Positions 27,421 to 36,596 of a DNA stretch of 64,000 nt are shown piece after piece. The stretch comes from Gemmatimonadales bacterium (GTDB lineage: Bacteria; Gemmatimonadota; Gemmatimonadetes; Gemmatimonadales; GWC2-71-9), in assembly GCA_036741715.1 (NCBI GenBank), contig DAINRR010000005.1, positions 25,203 through 89,202 on the forward strand, in the 5' to 3' direction. Position 1 is the stretch's first letter; every line of letters starts with the position of its first letter. The notes beneath the pieces were generated by a model. The model was not told where the DNA came from, did no database searches, and worked only from the letters and a program-made list of their open reading frames with translations. Position numbers and translations under genes: made by a program.

Positions 27421-29007
27421 TCAGGGGGTCAACGAGTAGACGCGCGTCTCACCTTCAGCATCGTAGATGGCGTGGAGCGCCGTGCCCGCCGCAGCGAGGA
27501 ACGCCGCGTTGCCCGCACTGGGGGAAGGCCACGGCGCCACGACTTGCCACGCGTCTGCGACTGGGTCATAACCGGCCAGATCGGAACCGAGCGAGTACAG
27601 CCTGCCGCCGAGGATCCCCGTCGCCCGGTAGGTGACGCTGGGAGTGGCGGCACGCGTCGACCAGGTGTCGGTCGCCGGATCGTACGCTTCGACAGTCGTG
27701 GTGTAGCCGCCACCGGCCTCCGGCGAGGTAGGCGCTCCGTTGATCACGTGGAGCAATCCGTCCACGACGCCGACGCCGACGGCAATGCGCGGAGTCGGCA
27801 TGTCGCGCTTCCGGGCCCAGCTGTCCGTGGCGGGATCGTACGCCTCGATGACGCCGCCGTTGTGGAGCCCACCGACCGCGTACAGGACGCCTCCCACGAC
27901 GCCGACGCCGAGCGCCAGCCTCGGTGTCGGCATCGAGGCTCGAGTCGTCCAGGTGTCCGTGACAGGGTCGTAGGCTTCGACGGTGCCCACCATGTCATTC
28001 CCATCGTAACCGCCCACTGCGTAGAGGATCCCGTTCACGACGCCGACGGCGAAATCGTGCCGCGGCGTCGGCATCGGTGACCGTGTCGCCCATTCCCCGG
28101 TGGCCAGGTCGAATGACTCGACGGTACCGACCGGCTCACTCGGGACGGGGTCCCAGGGGCAGCAGTCCGTCCGACCGCCGACGACATAAAGGATGCCGTC
28201 GATCGCGGCGCCGGCGGTTCGATAGCGAGTGGTGCTCCTCGTGCCTGTCAGTCCCCACGTCGACGCCTGCGCCGGGGGCGGCGGTCCCGCGCTCGACGTG
28301 CTGAACTCGAACGTGGTCGGCCCTTCGATCCGTTCACCCGTGCGGTCGGCGACGTCCTCTGCGACGACGACCTGATACGCGACGCCAGAGGTGAGCGATG
28401 CCGCCGGTACGAACTCGACCGCCAGGTGCCCCGGGCCGAGGCGCAGGGAGCCTTCGACCGCGCCCCCCTGATGCAGCAGCCGCACCGACGCCATGTCGAG
28501 TGTCGTCGAATCGATGGGTTCGCTGAAGACCACGACGATCGACCCGTTGAGGGCGACATCCGTGCGGCCCTTCGCCGGGCTTGTCCTGACGACGCGGGGA
28601 CGCCGAGCCGCGGGCACGACGGCCCGGGCCGTGAGCACGCCGGGAGGCCGCACAGCGGCGAGCTCGAGGGTATCGCCGACTTCCGCGATGATACCCACCG
28701 GATCGAAGCCGCCATCGAACATCACGCGACGGAACGTCTCGCCGTTGGCGAGATTCGTCACGGTCGCCGACTGCCCGTCAGGGATCGATCCCGGAGGCAG
28801 TGCGACGTATGCCAGGGGATCCACGGAGTGGTTGCCGGCCGAGAAACTCGCCACGCCCGGCACGACGCCGCCGATTGGGGCGTCCGAAATGATGAGAGGC
28901 GCGGGCTCGCCGTCCTGAGGACTGACCGGCGAATCGCCGCACGCCACAGCCATGGCGAGCGACACCGGAGCGACAGTGCGCACCGCTGCACGAGTCGGTA
29001 GTCTCAC
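27421..29007 (-). CDS. lipoprotein: Ig-like (SbsA/Big_5-type) module + Kelch-repeat beta-propeller
   Basis: Start set to GTG 29007 (GGGAGGGG upstream), giving (M)RLPTRAAVRTVAPVSLAMAVAC. It has Kelch units 'ILYAVGGY...VEAYDP.TD.W..(R)..MPTPR' about five times. The track start is 29034. Confidence 0.85.
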   Translation of the reverse strand: MRLPTRAAVRTVAPVSLAMAVACGDSPVSPQDGEPAPLIISDAPIGGVVPGVASFSAGNHSVDPLAYVALPPGSIPDGQSATVTNLANGETFRRVMFDGGFDPVGIIAEVGDTLELAAVRPPGVLTARAVVPAARRPRVVRTSPAKGRTDVALNGSIVVVFSEPIDSTTLDMASVRLLHQGGAVEGSLRLGPGHLAVEFVPAASLTSGVAYQVVVAEDVADRTGERIEGPTTFEFSTSSAGPPPPAQASTWGLTGTRSTTRYRTAGAAIDGILYVVGGRTDCCPWDPVPSEPVGTVESFDLATGEWATRSPMPTPRHDFAVGVVNGILYAVGGYDGNDMVGTVEAYDPVTDTWTTRASMPTPRLALGVGVVGGVLYAVGGLHNGGVIEAYDPATDSWARKRDMPTPRIAVGVGVVDGLLHVINGAPTSPEAGGGYTTTVEAYDPATDTWSTRAATPSVTYRATGILGGRLYSLGSDLAGYDPVADAWQVVAPWPSPSAGNAAFLAAAGTALHAIYDAEGETRVYSLTP

Positions 29008-29100
29008 GGCCCCTCCCTGAACATCCCAGTCCATGGCCCGGTGGTGCGGCGAATAGCTCGCCAGTATTGAACGGACGGCGGCTGCCGGACTACTCAGGCA

Positions 29101-29994
29101 TCACGGAATCTCGAAGAGCTCGATCATCCCCATCTGGATGTGCAGCACCGTGCCGGTCGAATCCTGCTCCGGCGTCCCGCAGCCGGCGAAGTACCGGCCC
29201 GGCTCGAGATCGAGCTCGACCAATCCCTCGCGGCCGGGCGCGAGCGTCACCATGCCGCCGACAGGGATTGCGGGGGGATCCCCCGCCCGCGTCGCGTACC
29301 AGGTGGCGAAATCGCGGATGGTGCGCCCCGGCGCGAAGCGGTAGAACGTGAGGTCGTGTGGCCGCTCGCCGGTATTCCGGACGCGCAGGAGGTTTGCGCC
29401 GCGGCGATACGTTCCCGAATCGTGCACGATCCGGAAATCCTCGAGCATGACGTCACCGGTTGCGACGGGAGTGGCGACCGGCTCCGGCGCGGCCGACTCG
29501 CCGGTGACGGAGATGACGAGCGTCGAGATCATCCCGGCATTCACATGATTGTCCGCCCAGCAGACGACGGCATAGCGACCCGGCTCGAGCTCGAGCACGA
29601 CTTCCGATGAATCCCCTGCCGCCACCTTCCCCGGCCCACCGATGTCCGTGGCTGCGACAGGGAAGGCATTGCCCGCGCGCGCCTCGGCGAGATACTGGTC
29701 GGCCGAGACCGTATCGGGAAGCCGGGTGAGCAACGCCTCATGCCAGGACGGCCCGTGATTCACCAGGCGCACTCGGGTGAGTCCGGCGGAGACGATCGTA
29801 TCGCCGGAGAACGAGAAGTCGTGGGCCTCGAGCCGGAGGAGCGCCGGTTCAGCGGGCGGCGCCACGCGCCCGTCGCCGGCACACGCCGCAAGCGCGGTGA
29901 TCAACCACGCCAGAGAGTGGCGGGCGAGATCGAGCGACCGGATCTTCGCGGTGGCGAGGGCGCGAAGCACGGGATCGCCGTTCGGTGTGGCCAT
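29101..29994 (-). CDS. lipoprotein with two tandem cupredoxin-like domains
   Basis: Lipobox 'LITALAAC'. Domain 1 ligand-like pattern is 'VNHGPSWHEA' ... 'VVCWADNHVNAGM' (C-x4-H-x4-M). Domain 2 is 'VRNTGERPHDL' ... 'AGCGTPEQDSTGTVLHIQMGM'. Confidence 0.7.
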   Translation of the reverse strand: MATPNGDPVLRALATAKIRSLDLARHSLAWLITALAACAGDGRVAPPAEPALLRLEAHDFSFSGDTIVSAGLTRVRLVNHGPSWHEALLTRLPDTVSADQYLAEARAGNAFPVAATDIGGPGKVAAGDSSEVVLELEPGRYAVVCWADNHVNAGMISTLVISVTGESAAPEPVATPVATGDVMLEDFRIVHDSGTYRRGANLLRVRNTGERPHDLTFYRFAPGRTIRDFATWYATRAGDPPAIPVGGMVTLAPGREGLVELDLEPGRYFAGCGTPEQDSTGTVLHIQMGMIELFEIP

Positions 29995-30113
29995 GACTGC
30001 TCCTCGGATCGCGGGACATCAACCCGATCATAAAGATACGAGCAGACCTGGGATCCGAAACGTTCCTGCCAAGCGACCAGTGCCAGGGCGAGCGAGGCAA
30101 ACCGCTCCGGCGT

Positions 30114-30217
30114 GTCGCGGCGTCACTGGCGAACTACTTTGTGGGGCACGAAGCGGAGTCGAGCGAGTCCGAGGTCGCGGGCGGGAGCCCACGGCGGAAC
30201 TGCGGGCGAGCAGGTGA
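30114..30217 (+). pseudogene. relic 3' end of a paralogue of the ion-channel gene 26611-27414
   Basis: Hand alignment shows 30114-30229 matches 27277-27426 at most positions. The match includes the block TGGGGCA(G/C)GAAGCGGAGTCGAGCGA, the last codons ACGGCGGAA(G/C)TGCGGGCGAG and the TGA. An internal deletion of about 34 nt breaks the frame. There is no start and no upstream channel sequence. Confidence 0.6.
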
Positions 30218-30223
30218 GCGACG

Positions 30224-32350
30224 CTACGGCCGCCACGCCGGATCGAATCCGTCACTGATCGTGGCGGACGTGCCGGTTCCATCCGTGCGCAGATAGGTGA
30301 TTCCCGGACAGCCGCTGCACTGGGAATACGCGAACGTGCTTCCGTCCGGGGACCAGGCCGGTCGATGCATCCATCCGGCAAGGGGGATGATGGTACTCCC
30401 CCGTCCGATGAGCGGACGGATCTCGAGCGAGAGCTTCGTGCACTCCCCGTCGATCGGGTCGCGACAGGTGAAGACCGCGATCCTCCGACCATCCGGCGAC
30501 CAGGCGGGAGACTCCCACGTCGCCATGCCCGCGACATCGTCGAGGATCTCCAGCATGTAGGTCCCGCCGGCGTCGGCGATCCGGACGCTCCTTCCCCAGA
30601 TGTATGCGATCCTCGAATCCACCGGGGACCACGAGTAGGTCCCGAACGACAGGCCGGTGATGGTGAACTGTCGCACGGCCGGAGCTCCGTACTCGCCAAT
30701 GTAGCCGTCGGCCGGCACGATATAGGTGATTCGATCCGTTGCGAGGGCAAGCTCCTGCCCACCAGAAACCCATGCAAGCGAATGTATGGCTCCCGGATCG
30801 AAGGGAAGTTCGCGCTGCCTGAGGCCGGACCCGTCGGCATTCGCGACGTACACCTGCGACCCGTTCCATTCGTAGCCACGAAGGAATGCGAGCTTCGTAC
30901 CGTCGGGAGACCAGGCCGGGAGCCGATCCCACGCGCTCCCGTCGGTGATCTGGACGCGATTCGAGCCGTCGGCATCGGCGACCACGATCGCCGACGACCC
31001 TTCCGCGATGTACGAAGCGAAGGCAATCCGTCCGGCAGGGATGAAGTCGGGAGTGCATACGAGCGAGAACGCCACCGTCCCGGCCTCGCCTGCGGAGAGA
31101 TCGACGAGTCGCCGAAGCGTGTTGGGGTCCCTGCAATTGCCGCGCACACCGCTCAGCGTCACGACGTTGGTCCCGTAGCGCACCGCGCGGAGCTGCAGTG
31201 TGCCTTCCGTGGGTACGTCACTGATCCACTCGCGATTCACCACGACCTGGTACCCATCCTCGTCGGGCGGGGCTCCCGTGGTCGCCACGCGAAGCTCGAG
31301 CTGGGGAAGGTCGGTGCAGGTCACGTTGAAGGTGACCGTGGCGTCCTGCGTACGCGTGAGTCTCGCCTGACGGTAGAGGCCACCGGTCGCATAGCAGTAA
31401 TCGCTCATCGCCGACAGGAGCACATGATGCTCGCCGGCGCCGAGCCCGGTGATCACGACGGTGTCGCTGACGCCGATGCGCTCGGCCAACCTCCCGTCCA
31501 CCATGATGTCGTAGCCGTCCGGCCTGTCGGTCCCCTGCGTGCTCGTGATCACCGTGAGCGCGCCCGTCCCGCCCTCGCCGAACGTGACGAACTCGACCGG
31601 CTCGGGAACCTCGAGCGGGTCGCCCGAAAGGTCGAGGATTCGAGTGTCGAAGACGAGCTTGTAGGCCGTTCCCGGCAGGAGCGCTTCGGCAGGAACGAAT
31701 TCGACGCCCGGGACCGCGCCTGCGGTCGGCCTGAGGGTGCCGCGAACGGCGATCCCGTCACGCAGCAGCCGGACCGTCGAGTCGCGGAGCGTCGTCGGGT
31801 TGATCGGCTCGCTGAAGACGGTGGTGACGATCGAATTGATGGCGACGTCCCGTCTCCCACGCGCCGGGTGCGTGCGCACGACCCTCGGCCTGCGGCGGGC
31901 CGGCACTGCCGCCCGCACCGCCATGACGCCCCCGGCGACGAGCGTGAAGCGGAATTCGAGTGAGTCCCCCACGACCGCTGCGAGGGTCACCGGATCGAAG
32001 CCGCCGGCCACGAGCTGCGCTGACGTCGTCTGCTGCAGGCGCAGGTTCTCGATCTCGACCGCGTTCGCACCCGCCACGCTTCCAGGTTCGGCTGATATGT
32101 ACGCCGAGCCCTCGTTCATCCGGAAGCTGGTCGTCATTCCGGAGCCGATCCCCGCCCCGGATGCCTGCATGGCGCGCGCCGGCTCTGACACGATGAGCGA
32201 AACCGCGGACCCGGTGCTCGGATTCGGATCGAGGGGGGACGACGAGTCGCACCCGCCGATGGCGAGCGCGACTGAAAGCACCACGATGAGAGAACCCTGG
32301 GTAGACCGGGCCATTGGCACCGACCTGAAGTGGCGAGACCGCCTGACCAT
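30224..32350 (-). CDS. lipoprotein: Ig-like (SbsA/Big_5-type) module + PD40/TolB-like beta-propeller
   Basis: Lipobox 'LSVALAIGGC' (an alternative start ATG 32314 gives MARSTQGSLIVVL...). PD40 units are 'PAWSPDGTKLAF', 'YSWSPVDSRIAY', 'PAWSPDGRRIAVF', 'PAWSPDGSTFAY'. Confidence 0.85.
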   Translation of the reverse strand: MVRRSRHFRSVPMARSTQGSLIVVLSVALAIGGCDSSSPLDPNPSTGSAVSLIVSEPARAMQASGAGIGSGMTTSFRMNEGSAYISAEPGSVAGANAVEIENLRLQQTTSAQLVAGGFDPVTLAAVVGDSLEFRFTLVAGGVMAVRAAVPARRRPRVVRTHPARGRRDVAINSIVTTVFSEPINPTTLRDSTVRLLRDGIAVRGTLRPTAGAVPGVEFVPAEALLPGTAYKLVFDTRILDLSGDPLEVPEPVEFVTFGEGGTGALTVITSTQGTDRPDGYDIMVDGRLAERIGVSDTVVITGLGAGEHHVLLSAMSDYCYATGGLYRQARLTRTQDATVTFNVTCTDLPQLELRVATTGAPPDEDGYQVVVNREWISDVPTEGTLQLRAVRYGTNVVTLSGVRGNCRDPNTLRRLVDLSAGEAGTVAFSLVCTPDFIPAGRIAFASYIAEGSSAIVVADADGSNRVQITDGSAWDRLPAWSPDGTKLAFLRGYEWNGSQVYVANADGSGLRQRELPFDPGAIHSLAWVSGGQELALATDRITYIVPADGYIGEYGAPAVRQFTITGLSFGTYSWSPVDSRIAYIWGRSVRIADAGGTYMLEILDDVAGMATWESPAWSPDGRRIAVFTCRDPIDGECTKLSLEIRPLIGRGSTIIPLAGWMHRPAWSPDGSTFAYSQCSGCPGITYLRTDGTGTSATISDGFDPAWRP

Positions 32351-32528
32351 GCAACGTGGAACGGACGAGACCGGCGCAATTGCTCACGACGCCTCGTGAT
32401 CGGGCCGCGGTGAGAACATACCCCGCGTACGCGGCGGCGATAGGGATGGCCCGGTCCGAGCCCCCCGGGCGGGGGCCGCACGATATATTGGGAACACGGC
32501 CCCAACCCGCTGTATCCCGGAACGCGCG

Positions 32529-34820
32529 ATGAGCACCTCCCCCGCAATCCATCTCAGGCTCTTCGGGAGCCCCTCGCTCGAGCGGGAGGACGGGAGTGTG
32601 CTCGCAGGGCGCGCCGCCCAGCGGCACCGCCTCGCCCTCCTCGCCCTCCTCTCGCTCGCCCCCGGTCATCGCATCAGCCGCGACAAGCTCATGGCCTGGC
32701 TCTGGCCCGAGGCCGACGGCAAGCGTGCGCGCAATCTGCTCAACGTCTCGACGCATGTGCTGCGCGGCGTTCTCGGCGAGACCTCGATCGTCTCGGCGGG
32801 TGAGGACCTGCGACTGGATGTGGCCGCGGTGCGGCCGGACGTGGCCGAATTCGAGCGCGCGATGCAGGCGGGAGACGAGGAGAGCGCGGTCGCACTCTAT
32901 CGCGGACCGTTCCTGGACGGGTTCTTCCTCCCCGAGGCGGAGGAGTTCGACCAGTGGAGCGGCCGGGAGCGACAGCGGCTGGCCGATATATATGGAAAGG
33001 CACTCGAGGGTCTGGCCGAGCGGGCCGAAGCCGCCGGTGACTTCGGCACCGCGGCCGTGCGGTGGCGCGCGCGGGCGGCGCACGATCCGCTGGATTCGCG
33101 CGTTGCCCTTCGCCTGATGCGGGCGCTCGATGCCAGCGGAAATCCGGCGGCCGCGATTCAGCACGGGGCGGCGCATGCCCGCCTCCTGAGCGAGGAACTC
33201 GGCTCGAGCGCCCCCGAAGTCACCGCCCTGTCTGACCACCTTCGCCGCCATCCCCGGCCCCATCCGTTCCCGGAACGGCCCGTCATCGGCAGCCCGGCGT
33301 CGGAAGCGCCGACACCCGTGCCGGCGCACGAGGCCCCTCGGCCGCGGCAGCTTCCATTCCCCCGCTGGGCAGCCGCTGCAGCCCTCGCCGTCGTCGCGCT
33401 GTCGTTCACTGCCTGGCTCGCCGTTGCCGGCGCGCCCGCGGCCGATCCGTCGATCGTCGTCCTGCCGTTCGCGAATCTCGCGCCCGGCGCGGCCCCCGAT
33501 TATCTGAGCGACGGGCTCACCGACGAGATCATCGCCGGCCTGGCGACCGTCCCGCGACTCACCGTCATCGCGCGCAATTCCGCAGACCGCTATGCGAGCT
33601 CCGTGGCCACCCTTCCGGAGATCGCACGCGAGCTCGGCGTCTCGCATGTGCTCCATGGCACGGTCCGCCCGGAGGGAGGCCAGGTACGGGTCACGGCGCG
33701 TCTCGTCGCGGCCGAGCGGGAGCGCGTCGTGTGGGCGCAGACGTACGATGCGCGCGAGGGGCAGCTCGCGCGGATTCAGGACGACATCGGGCGGGATGTC
33801 GTGCGCGCGCTCAAGCTCGAGCTGGTGGGGGACAGCGCGCCGGCGCAGCGGGGCACGCGCAATCCAGAGGCGTACGAGCTCTACCGCCGGGGACGGTTCC
33901 ATTGGGCCACGCGCACCCGCGAAGGTCACGAGGCGGCCATCGCCTATTTCGAGCGCGCGATCGCCCTCGATTCGAACTACGCGGATGCGTACGCGGCGCT
34001 CGCCGACGCCCACCTCACGAGCCGGCGGCTCGGCATGAGCCCGCACTCGGAGGAGGAAGCCCAGGCGCTGGTGACGCGCGCCGCGGAACGGGCGCTCGCG
34101 CTCGACGACGCATCGGCCGACGCGCACAACGCCTTCGCCAACGTCCTCTGGTGGCAGAAGAACTGGCCCGGCGCGGAGCGGGAGCTCCGGCGCGCACTCG
34201 AGCTCAACCCGAACCATGCCGGTGCGCACAACTTCTATGCACTCCTCCTCCACGGCATGGGCCGCCAGCAGGAAGCGCTGAGCGAGGCCCGGCGCGCCGC
34301 CGAGCTCGATCCGTTCGCGATGATGGTCGTCATGACCTACGGCTTCCTGTGTTACGTGACGGACGACCTGGAGTGCGCGATCGAACAGTTCGACCGGGTG
34401 GTCGAGCTGAACCCCGCATGGGGAATCGCCCTGCGCCGCAAGGCGATCGTACAGGCCATGCTGGGGCAGCACGCCGAGGCGCAGGCGAGCATTCGCCAGG
34501 CTCATGAAGTCGAGCCGGACAATGCGTACGGGCTCATCGATCGCGCGATCGTTCTCGCCCTCGCCGGCGATACCGCCGCTGCGCGAGCCGCGCTCCGGGC
34601 TGCGGAAGGCGCCACGGGATCGACCGTCGACTTCAATCTCGCGCGGGCCTACACCACCCTCGGCGACCGGGACAGCGCCTTCGCGGCCCTCGAGCGCTAC
34701 GATGGCTGGCTCTGGCCCGGCGTCAGCGCGCTCGCCGAGCCGCTGTTCGATCCGATCCGCACCGATCCGCGGTTCGTGGCGCTGGAAGACCGGGTGCTGC
34801 GGGAAATGGGCGTGAGGTAG
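32529..34820 (+). CDS. SARP/BTAD-family transcriptional regulator: winged-helix + BTAD + TM + periplasmic TolB_N-like + TPR domains
   Basis: 'LRLFGSPSLE...QRHRLALLALLS...SRDKLMAWLWPE' is the OmpR-type wHTH. 'FERAMQAGD...YRGPFLDGF...EFDQWSGRERQRL' is the BTAD. One TM segment is AAALAVVALSFTAWLAV. 'VVLPFANL...LSDGLTDEIIAGL' and TPR repeats follow. Confidence 0.9.
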   Translation: MSTSPAIHLRLFGSPSLEREDGSVLAGRAAQRHRLALLALLSLAPGHRISRDKLMAWLWPEADGKRARNLLNVSTHVLRGVLGETSIVSAGEDLRLDVAAVRPDVAEFERAMQAGDEESAVALYRGPFLDGFFLPEAEEFDQWSGRERQRLADIYGKALEGLAERAEAAGDFGTAAVRWRARAAHDPLDSRVALRLMRALDASGNPAAAIQHGAAHARLLSEELGSSAPEVTALSDHLRRHPRPHPFPERPVIGSPASEAPTPVPAHEAPRPRQLPFPRWAAAAALAVVALSFTAWLAVAGAPAADPSIVVLPFANLAPGAAPDYLSDGLTDEIIAGLATVPRLTVIARNSADRYASSVATLPEIARELGVSHVLHGTVRPEGGQVRVTARLVAAERERVVWAQTYDAREGQLARIQDDIGRDVVRALKLELVGDSAPAQRGTRNPEAYELYRRGRFHWATRTREGHEAAIAYFERAIALDSNYADAYAALADAHLTSRRLGMSPHSEEEAQALVTRAAERALALDDASADAHNAFANVLWWQKNWPGAERELRRALELNPNHAGAHNFYALLLHGMGRQQEALSEARRAAELDPFAMMVVMTYGFLCYVTDDLECAIEQFDRVVELNPAWGIALRRKAIVQAMLGQHAEAQASIRQAHEVEPDNAYGLIDRAIVLALAGDTAAARAALRAAEGATGSTVDFNLARAYTTLGDRDSAFAALERYDGWLWPGVSALAEPLFDPIRTDPRFVALEDRVLREMGVR

Positions 34821-34832
34821 CCGCAGCACCAC

Positions 34833-34872
34833 TCGCCTGCCGCCGCCGGCGCGGGTCGGCAGAGGCAGGCGA
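34833..34872. terminator. GC-rich hairpin between convergent genes (candidate bidirectional terminator)
   Basis: TCGCCTGCC (34833-34841) pairs with GGCAGGCGA (34864-34872), and an inner GCCG...CGGC pairing is possible. It lies between the stop at 34820 (+) and the stop at 34881 (-). There is no clear U-tract. Confidence 0.4.
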
Positions 34873-34880
34873 GCGCCGGG

Positions 34881-35492
34881 TCAATGTACCCGCACCTCGC
34901 CGGTCATTCCCGCGTGCAGGTTGCACCGATACGGGAAGATGCCGCTGCTGGCGAAAGTGCGGCTCGCCGACGTGTTCTGGATCGGCGGGATGTCCGACGG
35001 GGCGCCCGCCGAGGTGAAATCCACGTCATGCTGGACGGCGGCGATCGTCCACGTCACTGCCCCTCCTGCCGCGATATCCACGACCCTCGGTGAAAAGAGC
35101 GTTTGGGGCGCCGTCACCGTCGCGGTGGCGGAAGCGGCTTCGACCGTCACCTGGGTCGTGCCGGTCGCCGTCGCGCCACCCAGGGTAATCGAGGCCGTGA
35201 TCTGCGCCATCCCGGGACCGACGCCCGTCACGGTCCCGTCTTCCGCGACGGTCGCCACGGCCGGGGCGCTGGTGGTGAACCCGAGGTCGCCTCCGCTTAC
35301 CGGCTGGCCATCGTCGTCCCGACCCACCACGGTCAGCTTGACCGTATTGCCGGGCGCGGCCGAGAAGAGCTCCGCTGCGTCGGGCGTGACATCGACGGTG
35401 GCGAGACCGCCACCCCCGCCGGGGCCGCTTTCCCCGCCGCACGCGGACACGAGGACGAGCACGATCGAGGCGAGAAGGAATCGAGCAGACAT
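34881..35492 (-). CDS. lipoprotein: Big_2 (bacterial Ig-like) domain + type-1 copper cupredoxin domain
   Basis: GGAGG before the ATG and lipobox 'VLVLVSAC'. Big_2 block is 'VTLTVVGRDDDGQPV...TVTGVGPGMAQITASI'. Cupredoxin ligands are 'VQHDVDF' ... 'YRCNLHAGMTGEVRV' (C-x2-H-x2-M). Confidence 0.85.
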   Translation of the reverse strand: MSARFLLASIVLVLVSACGGESGPGGGGGLATVDVTPDAAELFSAAPGNTVKLTVVGRDDDGQPVSGGDLGFTTSAPAVATVAEDGTVTGVGPGMAQITASITLGGATATGTTQVTVEAASATATVTAPQTLFSPRVVDIAAGGAVTWTIAAVQHDVDFTSAGAPSDIPPIQNTSASRTFASSGIFPYRCNLHAGMTGEVRVH

Positions 35493-35708
35493 GGTAACCT
35501 CCGGGGTTCAGAAGCCGTGGTATGCCACGCCGCCGGCACCGAGCCGGCAGGCGACGCGACATATTCGGCGCCCCCGGTGAACGGCCGCTGTCGGGCGGCT
35601 GTACCACCGGTGAACTCGGAGGATTGGGGGTAAGGCGGGTCCGGGAGGGAGGATGCAGGGAGGGTGCGGGTCGAAGCCGAGCGCGCGGGACGGAACTGGG
35701 GGAACCGC

Positions 35709-36596
35709 TCAGTCCCCCCGCGATGCGAGAAGCCGCTCCACCCCGCCGATCCCTCCATCGCCCCGCCACTCGAGCCGGCCGTCAGGCCCGAGCACGAAGA
35801 CCGTGGTCGCATGGTCCACGTCGCCGGTCGTCTCGTTGCGCCGCCGCGCGACCCCGAGGCTGTCGAGGACGGACTCGACGTCCTCGACCGTGCCGGAAAG
35901 AACGCGATCATTGGGACCCAGTTCCCAGTGCCGGGCCAGTGAGACCAGGCGCTCGGGGGTGTCCCGCCAGGGGTCGAGCGTGACGACGATGAGTGCGACG
36001 TCGGGGCGGTTCGAGCGCCGGCGGGCGGCACGGAGGTCGTTGACGACCAGCGGGCAGACCGTGGCGCAGTGGCCGAAGGCGAAGGTGACGAGTGCGGGAC
36101 GGCCCCGCCACTCCCCCAGGGAATAGCGCCGTCCATGCTGGTCCACCAGCCGGACGCCCGGCGCCTCGTGCTCGGCCGGACGCAGCGTGGCGAGATCCGG
36201 CGCGTACGCGACCCGCCCGCCTTCCCACGCCCGCGCAACACGCACACCGAGTGTGAGGGTGCCCACGACGGATGCCGCCGCCACGGTCAGTCCCGCGATG
36301 CGACGCCAGGGCGAAGCCCCCAGCCACGCCAGGTCGCGCCGGAGCCCGCGATTCCCGATGGCGAGGAGCATCCCGAGCATCCCGAAGGGCTCGCCGATCA
36401 GGATGATCCAGCCGCGCGTGTCCGGCAGTCCGCCCCGTTCCGATCCGAAGCACGCGGCGCGCGTCCGGGTAAGCCACTCCGGCTCCGCGGTCGCGGGCCA
36501 GAGCGCGAGCGCCCACCACGCTGCGGTGATCACGAGGATCGCCACGAGTGCGGTGAGCGCGAGCCCGGGCCGCTCGTCGCGGCCCGTCGCGTCCAT
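35709..36596 (-). CDS. SCO1/SenC-family copper chaperone fused to an N-terminal 3-TM domain
   Basis: Thioredoxin-fold block 'ALVTFAFGHCATVCPLV' (CxxxC) and 'DHATTVFVLGPDG'. Its ATG overlaps the subunit I stop by 1 nt (TGATG at 36594-36598). Confidence 0.85.
   Translation of the reverse strand: MDATGRDERPGLALTALVAILVITAAWWALALWPATAEPEWLTRTRAACFGSERGGLPDTRGWIILIGEPFGMLGMLLAIGNRGLRRDLAWLGASPWRRIAGLTVAAASVVGTLTLGVRVARAWEGGRVAYAPDLATLRPAEHEAPGVRLVDQHGRRYSLGEWRGRPALVTFAFGHCATVCPLVVNDLRAARRRSNRPDVALIVVTLDPWRDTPERLVSLARHWELGPNDRVLSGTVEDVESVLDSLGVARRRNETTGDVDHATTVFVLGPDGRLEWRGDGGIGGVERLLASRGD

Noticed and set aside
30236-30252. tRNA T-arm-like string GGATCGAATCC
   Set aside because: It lies inside the well-supported CDS 30224-32350. 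No acceptor or anticodon stems can be drawn around it.
31758-34832. 1024-aa minus-strand ORF
   Set aside because: It is the antisense shadow of the SARP/BTAD regulator 32529-34820 and of the 5' end of 30224-32350. It has low-complexity Arg/Gly/Pro composition and no domains.
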